64,000 nt of DNA from Eledone cirrhosa (GCA_964016885.1 CAXHJY010000593.1:124001-188000); one strand, 5' to 3'. Positions 1 through 16,759 are shown, numbered from the stretch's first letter. Numbers and translations are program-made. The notes: generated by a model from the letters alone, not told the origin.

Positions 1-1330
1 AACTCCTATACGCAGATGATCTAACGCTCATAGCTGAATCAATGGCCGAGCTAGAGAAGAAATTCCAAACATGGAAGCACGGCCTAGAATCAAAAGGCCT
101 TAAAATTAACCTAGCTAAGACTAAAGTTCTAGTTTGTAAGAAAGAAAATAAGGCGGCGGTCCCCTCCGGGAAGTGGCCATGCGCAGAGTGTAGGAAAGGC
201 GTAGGTAGAAATTCCTTTTGTGTCCAAATGCAAAGTTTGGGTGCATAAAAGATGTAGTGGGATCACAGGTAAGCTAACTAAGAACATAGATTTTACATGT
301 GGCCGGTGTTCTGGGGATATAAGTAGCAGCAAGTGCCCACAAAATACTAGCTCTTTCAACTGCGCAGAGGGTTCTATAGAAATAGTGGACAGCTTCCGTT
401 ACCTGGGTGACAAAATCAGCAGTGGGGGAGGGTGCTCTGAAAGTACAGTAGCTAGAGTCAGAACTGGGTGGAAAAAGTTCAGAGAGCTTATACCACTATT
501 AGCCGCTAAAGGGTTCTCCCTAAAAATGAAAGGCAGGCTGTACGATGCCTGCATACGAACAGCAATGTTGCATGGCAGTGAGACCTGGGCATTGTGTGCA
601 GAGGATATACGCAGACTAGAGAGAAACGAAGCTTGCATGCTCCGCTGGATGTGTAATAGTAATATACGTGAACGACAAAGCATAAACGAACTAAGGAAAA
701 AATTAGAAATAAGAGGGATCAGATGTTGTTTACTAGAGAGAAGGCTACGTCGGTATGGTCACGTGATGCGCATGAAGGATGATAGCTGTATAACAAAGTG
801 CAGGGCAATAAAGATAGACGGTAGCCACGGAATAGGCAGACCCAGAAAAACCTGGGACGAGCTGATAAACACCGACCTCACACACTTACACCTCACCAAG
901 ACAATGTCACTGGACCGAGACCTTTGGCGGTACTCAGTAATAGAGAAGACCCGCCTTGCCAGTAGGCATCTCTAACAAAATACACCCCGTCCCACCACCA
1001 CAACCCCCACCCCATCCACACCACCCCGTTCTATGTAAAGTTATGTTGGTGCCGCGCCATCCAGGCTGAAACAAATGAGATCGTGTAGGTGTCACGACAA
1101 AAAAACACACAGTCCACGCTGTAATGTGGCCGTGTAGGCAACACGGTAAAAACCTCCCAGACCCACACTGTAAATGTGGTTGGTGTTAGGAAGGGCATCC
1201 AACTGTAGAAAACCTGCCAGACAGTCCTATGCGAGCGAGAAAATCACTCTTGCCTCAAGTGGGACTACCCCCGTCCAAACCCATGCAAGCGTGGAACACG
1301 GACGTTAAACGTTGATGATGATGATGATGA
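1..1330 (+). mobile_element. RTE-clade LINE, 3' part (RT YADD, PHD-like finger, C-terminus, 3'UTR, (GAT)n tail), frameshifted
   Basis: LLYADDL is encoded at 3-23 in frame with ORF 42-248. After a frameshift near 220, ORF 220-975 has FRYLG, MLHGSETW, RRLRRYGHVMRM and GRPRKTW, which are RTE C-terminal motifs. The (gat)n tail is at ~1313-1330. Confidence 0.93.
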
Positions 1331-1362
1331 TATATATGTATATATATATGTATATATATATG

Positions 1363-1413
<51 letters not shown>

Positions 1414-1428
1414 GTATATATATATATG

Positions 1429-1485
<57 letters not shown>

Positions 1486-1500
1486 GTATATATATATATG

Positions 1501-1569
<69 letters not shown>

Positions 1570-1578
1570 GTATATATG

Positions 1579-1610
<32 letters not shown>
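1331..1610. repeat. (TA)n microsatellite with TG interruptions
   Basis: Read directly from the sequence. Confidence 0.99.
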
Positions 1611-2058
1611 GTAATAATAATGAAATTGAAGACTAAAATCTAGAGAGGGCTCGATAAGGAAAATATATATCAAATATATAAGAACCGAAGAGCAAATATT
1701 TATTAAAATAACAGATTAAAGTTTAAGCAAAGAATCGCTGCTTTCACCCTTAACGGGATCTTCTGAAACTAACAAAGTCAATCTGTAAACGCAGAACTGG
1801 ATATTTCAAAAAACGTTGCAACCGGAGGAAGACAGGAAGACGATACTTTGGTTCATGGTGACGTTCGCTGGCAAAGAACGGGTGCCAGCGAACGTCACCA
1901 TGAACCAAGGTATCGTCTTCCTGTCTTCCTCCGGTTGCAACGTTTTTTGAAATATCCAGTTCTGCGTTTACAGATTGACTTTGTTAGTTTCAGAAGATCC
2001 CGTTAAGGGTGAAAGCAGCGATTCTTTGCTTAAACTTTAATCTGTTATTTTAATAAAT
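1611..2058. mobile_element. Penelope-like element terminus with inversion (176-bp inverted repeat arms)
   Basis: Arms 1698-1873 and 1883-2058 are reverse complements (one mismatch seen) with a 9-nt loop. It has a hammerhead-like fold followed by AATAAA and is flanked by (TA)n. Confidence 0.7.
1970..2045 (+). ncRNA. type I hammerhead ribozyme-like fold, non-canonical core CAGAAGA (mirror copy on - strand at 1711-1786)
   Basis: agttt-CAGAAGA(1991-1997)-tccc gttaa gggt-GAAA(2011-2014)-gca..tgc-T-T-aaact. Stem I is extended by acagattga/ttaatctgt. Confidence 0.6.
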
Positions 2059-2079
2059 GTATATATATATATGTATGTA

Positions 2080-2509
2080 TGAGAGATGACCCCTTAGCCT
2101 TTGTCAAGGCAGAATTCTAGGAGAAGGAAAACTCTGATATAACACCTGCAACCCTGATGGTATCCAATGATGTTGACTTGTTCTTCTTTTTGGTAAATAT
2201 CATCTTGGTTAATGGTAAATATCATCTTGGTTAAGAGAGTGGGACTGGCTTCGTGCAGTGCCTTTGCTCACTATAAAAGCTTCACAGCACAGGCATTGCT
2301 TTGTATCTGGAGATCTCTCTGCACTTGTCATCACATGGTACCATGGGCCCTGCACTATGTGTCAATAATGGTCACAAGTGTAGTCTTTGTACCAGAGTTT
2401 TCAAGTCGCTGGCTGGACTAAAAAGTCACATTCGTTCAGCGCATCGTAGGGGTTCTCCTACATGGATATAAAGTAGTGGCCGTACTCGAAAACGAGTTGG
2501 CAGCCACCA

Positions 2510-2510
<1 letters not shown>
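2080..2510 (+). mobile_element. internally deleted BovB-like RTE derivative (5'UTR-like segment joined to C-terminal C2H2 finger and 3' end)
   Basis: ctaggagaaggaaaactctga resembles RTE 5'UTRs. 2379-2446 encodes [22 protein letters not shown], a C2H2 finger like BovB-type RTE C-termini. Confidence 0.55.
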
Positions 2511-2926
<416 letters not shown>

Positions 2927-2978
2927 AAAATATTAAACAAATAATGAATAAACAATTCCTTATATTAAACAAAAAAAG

Positions 2979-3133
2979 TTCATTATTTAACGATCGTTTC
3001 TAGGATATATATGTGTTAAGAATTGGTATGCATATTCAACAGATCTATGTACAAAATTATACAAAATTATACAAATTATCAAGATTAAATATACATACCA
3101 ACACATATATACGCCGTCTTCAGAAATAATGAA
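2979..3133 (-). ncRNA. type I hammerhead ribozyme with very long stem II
   Basis: Minus strand reads ttcattattt-CTGAAGA-[116-nt hairpin]-GAAA-cgatcg-T-T-aaataatgaa. Stem I is a perfect 10 bp, the minimal stem III is palindromic, and the triplet is GUU. Confidence 0.8.
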
Positions 3134-3396
3134 GTATATTTATTGATAATAACAACAATTCAAAATTTCAGGTCCGTTTGGGAACAAAATTGACCAATGA
3201 AAACACAAAGGGTTAAATGCAGTTCGGTGTGTGTATATACATGTAAAACCCTTACACATATTTTACAAAATGTATGTATAATTTGTATACGCATACTAAA
3301 AGGATGGATGCACATCTCTTCTTTCCATGATATCCGGAATACATTGAGTTCTTCATACGGATTGGACACTACCGTAAACTCTTGTAGATTTATCTA

Positions 3397-5140
<1,744 letters not shown>

Positions 5141-5157
5141 AACAATTAAGTTAAAAA

Positions 5158-5844
5158 TGTGTGTTTACATACAGAATAGCTGGGCCGCTCACTGTAAAGC
5201 GACCAGTGAAAGGACTTGGTACACCTACATATGTATACGTGTGTGTATTCATATACACACTAGTATTTCAGTATGCATATGTAGATGTACATTTTTAACT
5301 TAATTGTTTAAGCGTCAGTCATACAAAAGTGAGTTACAAACGAAACGAAATTTAATTTCGTTTCGTTATTTGTTTTTATCGTCTCCGCTGAAACCGGTGC
5401 GTACTCACACTCTATGCAAATTAGTCTGCCCACTACTAATTTTCATAGAAAAAGCATATAACGATATGTGCTTTTACAATCCTCCAGAAAGGCCGGTAGA
5501 TAGGTAAATATTGCTGATGAGTTGTAACAACAACGAAACTAGTTCAAATATTCCTTGTCTGGCTTTTTGGAGAATAGGGGAAGGTGTTCCCCGAAAAACC
5601 AGTATGACTCTAAAAACCGGTTTGTCTGTGTGTTTACATACAGAATAGCTGGGCCGCTCACTGTAAAGCGACCAGTGGAAGACTTGGTACACCTACATAT
5701 GTATACGTGTGTGTATTCATATACACACTAGTATTTCAGTATGCATATGTAGATGTACATTTTTAACTTAATTGTTTAAGCGTCAGTCATACAAAAGTGA
5801 GTTACAAACGAAACAAAATTTAATTTCGTTTCGTTATTTGTTTT
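5158..5844 (+). mobile_element. Penelope-like pseudo-LTR or retrozyme-like unit: 218-bp direct repeats (5158-5375, 5627-5844; period 469 bp) around a hammerhead
   Basis: Near-identical direct repeats, a hammerhead core at 5514-5545, (TA)n on both sides, and no credible ORF. Confidence 0.7.
5482..5572 (+). ncRNA. type I hammerhead ribozyme, canonical core
   Basis: aatattg-CTGATGA(5514-5520)-gttg taacaa caac-GAAA(5535-5538)-ctag-TT-caaatatt. An outer stem is formed by ctccagaaaggcc/ggctttttggag. Confidence 0.8.
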
Positions 5845-5846
5845 CA

Positions 5847-5897
<51 letters not shown>

Positions 5898-5901
5898 GAC
5901 A

Positions 5902-5932
<31 letters not shown>

Positions 5933-5977
5933 CATATGTATATATATATATACATATATATATACATATATATATAT

Positions 5978-7766
5978 CATCATCATCATCATCATCATCA
6001 CCGTTTTTACGTCCGTTCTTCCACGCTAGCATGGGTTAGACGGGTTGTCCTGTTGTGGGCAGTGTCTGGTCGGCTGACCATTGCCTTGCTCATACAGGAA
6101 CTGACCTGGCTTGATTCTACAGCTGGATGCCCTTCCTAACACCAACCTCATTTACAGTGAGTGCTGGGTGCTTTTTCGTGGCGCCTACACGTCCACTTTA
6201 CAGTGTGGGCTGGGTGCTTTTTTGCCGTGGCACCTCCACGATCACCTTGCGGTGGGGGGGGGGGGCATATTGTTTATATGCTTCAGCATGTACCCATGGG
6301 AGGTCGGGGTACCCTGTATTACTGCGTGACGCCAGAAGTCACGGTCGTGTGTCATTGACTTTGAGAGTTGTAGTTGGGTAAGGTCGGCTTTTATCACCTC
6401 ATCCCAAGTCATCTTGGGTCTCCCCACTCCGCGTTTCCATCAACTTCTAGTGCTCTGCACCTTTTTATGCAGCTGTCATCCTTCATACGCATCACATGTC
6501 CACTTACCAGCGTAACCGCCTCTCCTGCACGCAGCATTTGATTCCTCTTATGCTCAGTCTCTCTCTCAATTCCTTTATACTTTGTCGTTCACCGTATATT
6601 ACTGTTACACATCCATCGGAGCATGCAGTCTTCGTTTCTCTCTAATCTACGTAAGTCTTCCACCTTCAGCGCCCAGGTCTCACTACCATGCATACATCGC
6701 TGTTCGGATACACGCATCATACAGTCTGCCTTTCATTCTGAGGGAGAAGCCTTTTGCAGCTAGCAGTGGTAGTAGTTCCCTAAACTTCTTCCATCCCGTT
6801 CTTACCCTAGTTATTGTACTTTCTGAGCACCCACCTCCGTTGCTAATTCGGTCACCTAGGTAGCAGAAGCTGTCTACTGTTTCTACAGGGCCCTCCCAGA
6901 GATTGGTGGTACTTGTTTCCTGTGGCTGTTTGCTTGCTGTTTCAGCACAGCTGCTGCATGTGAATCCTACATTCTTAATTAAGCTTCCTGAGATCCGCTA
7001 CATCTCTTGTGTACCCATTGTTTGCATTGGGGCAGAGAATGGAGTTCCTACCTACACCTTTCCTAAATACTGAGCAAGCCATTTCCCTGAGGGGATCTGG
7101 GTTCTGTTTTCTCTTCTACTTATAAGGACCTTAGTCTTTGTCATGTTGACTTTGAGGCCCTTTCTCTCTAGTCCCTGCTTCCAGGTTTGGAATTTATTCT
7201 CTAGTTCTACCATAGATTCAGCTATGAGTGCGAGGTCATCAGCATACAGGAGTTCCCATGGGCATCCGGTCTTAAACTCCTCCGTTATTGCCTGCAGGAC
7301 TATGATGAACAGGAGAGGGCTAAGAACAGAGCCCTGGTGGACCCCCAACCTGTACGCTAAATTCCTCGCTATACTCATTGCTAATCCTAACTTTGCTGAC
7401 TGCTCCCCTATACATGGCTTGTACCGCTTTCACAAGCCATTCATCTACTCCTAGTTTTCTAAGAGCCCACCAGATTACTGCACGTGGAAATCTGTCAAAG
7501 GCTTTCTCAAGGTCGACAAATGCCAAGTAGAGTGGCTTACTTTTAGCTAGGTACTTTTCCTGTAATTGCCTCACAAGGAAGAGGGCATCAGTGGTGCCTT
7601 TCCCTGGTACAAACCCAAATTGCATCTCGTCTATATTCACCCGGTCCCTAATCAGCTGTGCTATAACTCTTTCTGTTACTTTCATGACCTGGTCCATCAA
7701 CTTTATACCTCTATAGTTTCCTCTATCTAGTGCATCGCCTTTACCTTTGTAGCAGTTGACAATGAT
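5978..7766 (-). mobile_element. RTE-clade LINE, 5'-truncated, frameshifted
   Basis: Minus-strand peptides [53 protein letters not shown] and LLYADDL. The tail appears as (cat)n at 5978-6001. Confidence 0.95.
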
Positions 7767-8095
<329 letters not shown>

Positions 8096-8211
8096 CGGGA
8101 TTTAATCTGTTATTTTAATAAATATTTGCTCTACGGTTCATATATATTTGATATATATTTATCCTTATCGAGCCCTCTTTGGATTTTAGTCTTCAAATTT
8201 ATTATTATTAC
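8096..8211 (-). mobile_element. fragment of the 1611-family Penelope-like terminus
   Basis: Reverse complement of 10736-10851 and similar to 1611-1720. Confidence 0.75.
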
Positions 8212-8286
<75 letters not shown>

Positions 8287-8311
8287 GTATATATATATGT
8301 ATATATATATG

Positions 8312-8348
<37 letters not shown>

Positions 8349-8354
8349 GTATAT

Positions 8355-8410
<56 letters not shown>

Positions 8411-8412
<2 letters not shown>

Positions 8413-8699
8413 TCTCTTTTACTCTTTTACCTGTTTCAGCCATCCGGCTGAGGCCATGCTGGGGCACCGTCCTTGTTGCTACACATTTTATCTCCAGCCT
8501 GTATAGGTTCGCCACTGGTGTAGGAGGGAGTTTGTTGCTGCTGCCCTTAGGTTTCCCTCGTGTCTTGCTGTGGGCTCATCCGGGATCCTGGATAACAAGG
8601 TGTCGAGATGTTTCTTAAAGACATCCACCTCCACGTCATGCAAGTCTCGCAGATGCCTCGGCAGCCTGTAATCCCAGGCTATTGCAATACCTGCTCCTA
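8411..8699 (-). mobile_element. 3' end of a CR1/Jockey-group-like LINE (copy 1, 20-nt internal deletion)
   Basis: Encodes [43 protein letters not shown] with an aaaagagt-type tail. It is an inverted copy of 10361-10668. Confidence 0.75.
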
Positions 8700-10107
<1,408 letters not shown>

Positions 10108-10193
10108 AACCAGTAAGACCCCGACAGCTGAGCTCAAGCCGTTTCGACGGCTAATTCTGGACTATATATATATATATACGGCTAATTCTGGAC

Positions 10194-10347
<154 letters not shown>

Positions 10348-10360
10348 TATATATATATAT

Positions 10361-10666
10361 AGGAGCAGGTATTGCAATAGCCTGGGATTCAAGGGCCCTC
10401 AACTCTTCAACAGGCTGCCGAGGCATCTGCGAGACTTGCATGACGTGGAGGTGGATGTCTTTAAGAAACATCTCGACACCTTGTTATCCAGGATCCCGTA
10501 TGAGCCCACAGCAAGACACGAGGGAAACCTAAGGGCAGCAGCAACAAACTCCCTCCTACACCAGTGGCCAACCTATACAGGCTGGAGATAAAATGTGTAG
10601 CAACAAGGGCGGTGCCCCAGCATGGCCTCAGCCGGATGGCTGAAACAGGTAAAAGAGTAAAAGAGA

Positions 10667-10668
<2 letters not shown>
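10361..10668 (+). mobile_element. 3' end of a CR1/Jockey-group-like LINE (copy 2)
   Basis: [38 protein letters not shown] with a stop at 10591, a short 3'UTR and the tail ggtaaaagagtaaaagag. Confidence 0.75.
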
Positions 10669-10735
<67 letters not shown>

Positions 10736-10908
10736 GTAATAATAATAAATTTGAAGACTAAAATCCAAAGAGCGCTCGATAAGGATAAATATATATCAAA
10801 TATATATGAACCGTAGAGCAAATATCTATTAAAATAACAGATTAAATCCCGTTAAGGGTGAAAGCAGCGATTCTTTGCTTAAACTTTAATCTGTTATTTT
10901 AATAAATA
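10736..10908 (+). mobile_element. 1611-family Penelope-like terminus with short inversion, retaining only the 3' half of the hammerhead
   Basis: Same left part as 1611-1720, then tcccgttaagggtgaaagcagcg...aataaat identical to 1998-2058. Confidence 0.72.
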
Positions 10909-11046
10909 TATATATACATATATATATATACATATATATAGATTTTGAGTGAATTAACAACCCAGCAAGGAACTGGGCATATCAGAGTATTGACAATATC
11001 ATACACCTAAACAACATATGTACTTGTCTATACCATACTAATTCAA

Positions 11047-11101
11047 ACTGCCTGAAGAGGTCACAGCCAAAGATGGCTGTCACTGAAATATATATAACAG
11101 T
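11047..11101 (+). ncRNA. minimal type I hammerhead ribozyme in a Penelope-like 3' end (~10940-11150)
   Basis: actgc-CTGAAGA(11052-11058)-ggtcacagcca aaga tggctgtcact-GAAA(11085-11088)-tatata-T-A-acagt, followed by AATAAA. Confidence 0.72.
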
Positions 11102-11155
11102 AATAAACGAAGCTAAATTTTAATCATTTGACTTTTATTTAACTTTATTTTATTA

Positions 11156-11590
<435 letters not shown>

Positions 11591-12931
11591 CATCATCATC
11601 ATCATTATCACCGTTTTACGTCCGTTCTTCCACGTTAGCATGGGTTAGACAGGTTGTCCTGTTGTGGGCAGTAGCCAGTCGGCTGACCATGCCTTGCTCA
11701 TGCGGGAACTGATTTCTACAGCTGAATGTCCTTCCTAAGACCAACCTCATTTACAGTGAGTGCTGGGTGCTTTTTTCCATGGCACCTTCACGTCCACTTT
11801 ACAGTGGGAGGGTGTGGGGGCATATTGTCTATATGCTTCAGCTTAGGCTTGTACCCGTGGTGTGTCGGGTCTTCTGTATTACAGCGTGACGCCAGAGGTC
11901 ACGGTCATGTGTCATCGCCTTTGAGAGGTGCAATTGGGTAAGGTCGGCTTTTATCACCTCATCCCAGGTCTTCTTCGGTCTCCGCACTCCACGACTTCCA
12001 TCGACTTGTAGTGCTCAGCACTTTTTTATGCAGCTGTCATCCTTCATACGCACCACATGTCCATACCAACGCAACCACCTCTCCTGCACACAACATTTGA
12101 TTTCTCTTATGCTCAGTCTCTCTCTCAATTCCTTTATGCTTTGCCGTTCGCGTATATTACTATTACACATCCATCAGAGCATGCAGGCTTCGTTTCTTTC
12201 TAATCTATGCAAGTCTTCTACAGACAGCGCCCAGGTCTCATTACCATGTGACATTGCTGTTCGTATACACTCATCATACAGTCTGCCTTTCATTTTGAGG
12301 GCCTTTTGCAGCTAGCAGTGGCAGTAGCTCCCTAAACTTCTTCTATCCCGTTCTTACCCTAGTTATTGTACTTTCTGAACACCCACCTCCGCTGCTAATT
12401 CGGTCACCTAGATAGCAGAAGCTGTGTACTGTTGCTACAGAGCCCTCCCAGAGTTTGGTGGTGCTTGTTTCCTGTGGCTGTTTGCTGCTTGCTGTCCCAG
12501 CGCAGCTGCTACATGTGAAGCCTACATTCTTAGTTAAGCTTCCTGAGATCCCACTACATCTCTTGTGTACCCATTGTTTGCATTTTGGGGCAGAGAATGG
12601 AGTTCCTACCTACACCTTTCCTACATACTGAGCAAGGCCATTTCCCTGAGGGGATCTGGGTTCTGTTTTCTCATCTACTTACAAGGACCTTAGTCTTTGT
12701 CAGGTTGACTTTGAGACCCTTTCTTTCTAGTCCCTGCTTCCATGTTTGGAATTTCTTCTCTAGTTCTACCATAGATTCAGCTATAAGTGCGAGGTCATCT
12801 GAATACAGGAGTTCCCATGGGCATCCGGTTTTAAACTCCTCCGTTATTGCCTGAAAAACTATGATGAACAGAACCCTGGTGGACACCGACCTGTATGCTA
12901 AATTCCTCGCTATAGTCATTGCTAATCCTAA

Positions 12932-12934
<3 letters not shown>
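11591..12934 (-). mobile_element. RTE-clade LINE, 5'-truncated, degenerate (YSDD)
   Basis: KVRISNDYSEEFSIQVGVHQGSV and GCPWELLYSDDL. The (cat)n tail is at 11591. Homologous to 5978-7766. Confidence 0.93.
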
Positions 12935-13004
<70 letters not shown>

Positions 13005-13379
13005 TGTTGTTATTTGACGTTGTTGAAAAGAGCAGTGGCCTTTGACCCGGCAATAAAAACTGGAGACAAAATTCTTTCTGTACCCAAAACAAGGCACACA
13101 CACGTTTGTTTGTGTATGTATTTATCTATGTATATATATATATATAAGGGATACAGATATTGTTTGTTCACTGTCACCAAGCATTTCAATTCATTCGTTG
13201 CAACTTAGTTTGTGATCAAGGCACTTTATTTTGTAAGGTACTATTTTTCCCTTGAGTTTGTGATTCAAGAGAAAAGTAAGAATTTCTTCATATTTTGCAT
13301 CTTTTGTATTTTGACTTTACAGTTTGAATTGTAGAATTGTCTATCCACTCAAAATATTACATCTAACATTGAAACAGAG

Positions 13380-13552
13380 AATTTAAAAAAAAGGATTTTC
13401 GACTGAGATCAAATTGAGAACATTCACGTCTTGTTTTTTTAAAATATAGTAGTATATTGAAAAATGGAAAAATCGGATAGAGAGTGGGGGCGTTTCGTGA
13501 TTTTGAGGAGCAAAAGGTGGCATTTGGCCGAAATGGGTTGAGAACCTTTGGT
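13380..13552. mobile_element. hAT/Charlie-like DNA transposon end
   Basis: The terminus gttgagaacctttg resembles the reverse complement of CAGTGGTTCTCAAC-type TIRs. The partner end was not found. Confidence 0.35.
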
Positions 13553-14949
13553 CTAAATAATTGATTATGGTGATAATGTCCAAAATGAAAATAATGTTGG
13601 TGGTATGAGGAGGTTTTATGATGTTAACAATCTATAATGTTACTGGCAATGAGGGGCATTTGTAAAAGTGTTGTACTTGACCTATTTAGCCTCTCAACAT
13701 TACAACCCATTCTAACCCAGGGAAGGTAGACATTAAACAGTGATGCTGATGCTGATTGATAAGTGATAAGAATAAGTTGTGTGTGTCTCTCTGTGGCAGG
13801 GAAACAACTATTTATATATATCTATATTGGTACTTCTGTTTCATGTGAGAAATTGTTTAATATGTTAAGAGTTTTGTAGTGTTCTTATTAATTTTGAAGT
13901 TTATTCACCCAGCTTTACTGGTCTCAATCCATTGACTGTAGCTGTGCTGGTGTAACACCTTCAGAGGTTTCACACTATTACATCAACACCATTACTGTGT
14001 TTGCTAGTTATTTTATTGATCACTAATTATCAAATGGCTAAGTTCTTCTTTACCATAAAAGAGTGCAACTCACTTGAAATGAATGGTAGTTTTTGGTGTT
14101 GCTGGCCTTTGTCCATGGGAATGCTTTTGCGGCCTTGTCCGCAGGGCACAGCCCTAACACCACTGCGCCCTTAACCTAAAGCTCATCACCTTCCCCCTCC
14201 CATTCTTCTGTGACCCTAGAGTCCTTTCCCTTCCTTTTCTGATTTTAATTATTATTAAAGAACAATTATATAATTTAATAAATAGATAAATGCATATAAA
14301 TATCATAGTATTTTCATTCAATGCACTGATCTATCAGTAATCCATTACTGACAAATAAATACCACCTCTTGCTTCATCTCATCATCATCGTCACCACCAC
14401 CACCTTCTCCTCTTCCAATTTGTTTTTTATGCTGTCATAGGTTGGATGGGCCGTTGCAGACCAAGTTAACTAGATGGCTTAAAATATCTTGGCTGATCCT
14501 TGCTAGCAGAGAAAACAGACATTAAATGATGATGATGATTATGATGTCTCTCTTTTAATGACTATTACATTGTGGGATATGAAAACATAAATATAAAGTC
14601 ATATTATGTATTTGGTCTCACTGTGAAATTAGTTCCTTTGAGGGCCTCTTCAGCAGGTTAGGATGAAGATCAAACTGGTTAGTTTCAAGCAATTCATCAA
14701 CATCTACTTGGCTCTCTTTGCCAAGATACCAATCATAAGTAGCGGAAGACTACTTATTAAAACCTAAACAAGTATTTACCAAGGCCCTTTTTTAACATGT
14801 TTATTGTCCTAATAAAATAGAATTGATAATAACATACTAACATATTGTTACTTTATTTTATGATTAATCTAGAGTTGCACAAAAAATTATACATTTTTAA
14901 TGAAATGTGGATTCAAACACTGCTGATATATGAATTTCCGTTAAAAGTT

Positions 14950-15995
14950 AAACTCCTGTCAGCTTTAATTTCATATCGATAAAATAAAGTACCAGCTAAA
15001 TACTGAGGTCAGTGTAATCGACTTTTCTTTTTCTAAATTAGGAGCCATTATTATCAGTATTAAAGCAGAGGATTGGCAGAATTGTTATGTATAGAACCAT
15101 AACTCCTGAAGGAATTGACATATGGCATTTCTAAGGCATTTCTAACCCTGACAGAGCCCATCTTCTCTCCAGGTCTGAATATAGCAGATTTCTTCCAGAA
15201 AGAGATACTGGTACTTTTTTTATCGACCTTAAATGAATGGAAGGCAAAGTTGACTTTGGTGGAATTTGAACTTAAATAGTTCAGAGAGTCGGAACAAATA
15301 CTGCAAAGCATTCTATCTGACATTCTAATGACTCTGCCAGTATGTTGCCTTTTGAAAGTTTAGAAGTAGACAAACACATACGGCAGGTTTCCACAGAGTG
15401 ACCCATCTACCACATTTCATTTACAGGGCTGTGGTCAACCCAGAGCTATAGCTAATGACACCCTTGTGTAACACAAAGTGGGGACGAACTTGGGACCACA
15501 TGCTTTAGAAGCGACCTTCTAAACCACACAGCCTCATCTGCACCTACACAGAATTTTTAGAGCGTTGAATAAAATGCTTTGTTGTATTTCTTCTGGCTCT
15601 TTATGTTCTGAGTAGAAATCCTGTTGAGGTCAAATTTGCCTTTCATCCTTCCAGTGTCAATAAAATCAACTTCAAGTGAAATATTTTATGAGTCCCATAA
15701 CTCCTGAGAGAGTCATAGGGATGCTGTATTGACATACAGCATTTCTAGGGCATTTTTTACAAACCTGGTGGATCCCATCTCCTCTCCATGCCTTAATGCA
15801 GCAGATTTTTTCCAGAGGATAGAGAGAATGATAGAATGGAATTGAGAAAGAGATGTACAGGTAGAATCGATCCCAGTATTAAACTGGTACTTTTTTTTTA
15901 TCGACCTTGAATAGATGAAAGGCAAATAGTTAATGTAATAAACTTTCCCTTCCCACAAATTGCTGGCCTTGAACCTAAATTAGAAATTATTATTA
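14950..15995. mobile_element. cluster of nested degenerate tRNA-derived SINEs and a second short interspersed repeat
   Basis: Repeated tttgcctttcatcc..gataaaataaagtaccag core in both orientations, and a tRNA-like head on the - strand near 15545. 15098-15205 resembles 15695-15825. Confidence 0.7.
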
Positions 15996-16147
15996 TTATT
16001 ATAATGATTTCTAAATCAAAGGTAAGTGGGCTTATATGTTTGTTTTTCTATTTTTGCAAGATTTTAAGGAAACATTTTTAACAATATCAGCTGGTTTTAG
16101 TTTATGAAGGGGTTAAACCAAATTCATACCTCTGCTATTGATTTCAG

Positions 16148-16195
16148 CTTTTCATTGAACGAAACAAGGAGCAATTTTTAGAACTGTCTACTAGA
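16148..16195 (+). CDS. candidate 48-nt internal coding exon of an unidentified host gene (LFIERNKEQFLELSTR)
   Basis: tttcag acceptor, gtaaga donor, open in phase 0, in non-repetitive sequence. No protein family recognised. Confidence 0.4.
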
Positions 16196-16759
16196 GTAAG
16201 AGTTTGGTTTAAGGATTAGCACCTACTTGTCTTGTTTGTGTAATTGTAAAAACTATTTCTGAACATGCACTTGACTTGATTCATTTCTTAGCTGATTCTT
16301 TTCACCCTTTATTATACTTCTCCTCCTCATCCTCCTCTCGCATTTTTTTTCTCTATCATTTTAAGTGAGTTTAGATTATAACTGTATATTAAATGAAGAT
16401 ATAATTATATGATATTGAGAATGAGAGAGGAAAAGAGACTGACTGACTTTATGTTCTTATCATTTGTATTAGTGTACAAGGTAATTGGGTCAATAGTTTC
16501 ATGCTGGGCCTATATGTTTGTGCTAGTATTAACTTAATTGGGTCAGTGTTACATTATCAGTATCAACTCCAAAACAATACTAGTATTAGTTTCCATATGA
16601 AGATGTCTTAAGTGATTTTCTAATTTCAGCATATGCCGGCAATATTTGAAGGCTAAAAGCCTTCAAATATTGTTTTATGATATTTTAAAAAACTATTACT
16701 ACTCCTATCCTTTGATAGGATTCAGATTCAACTGGTATCACTTTACATCAATCCATAGT

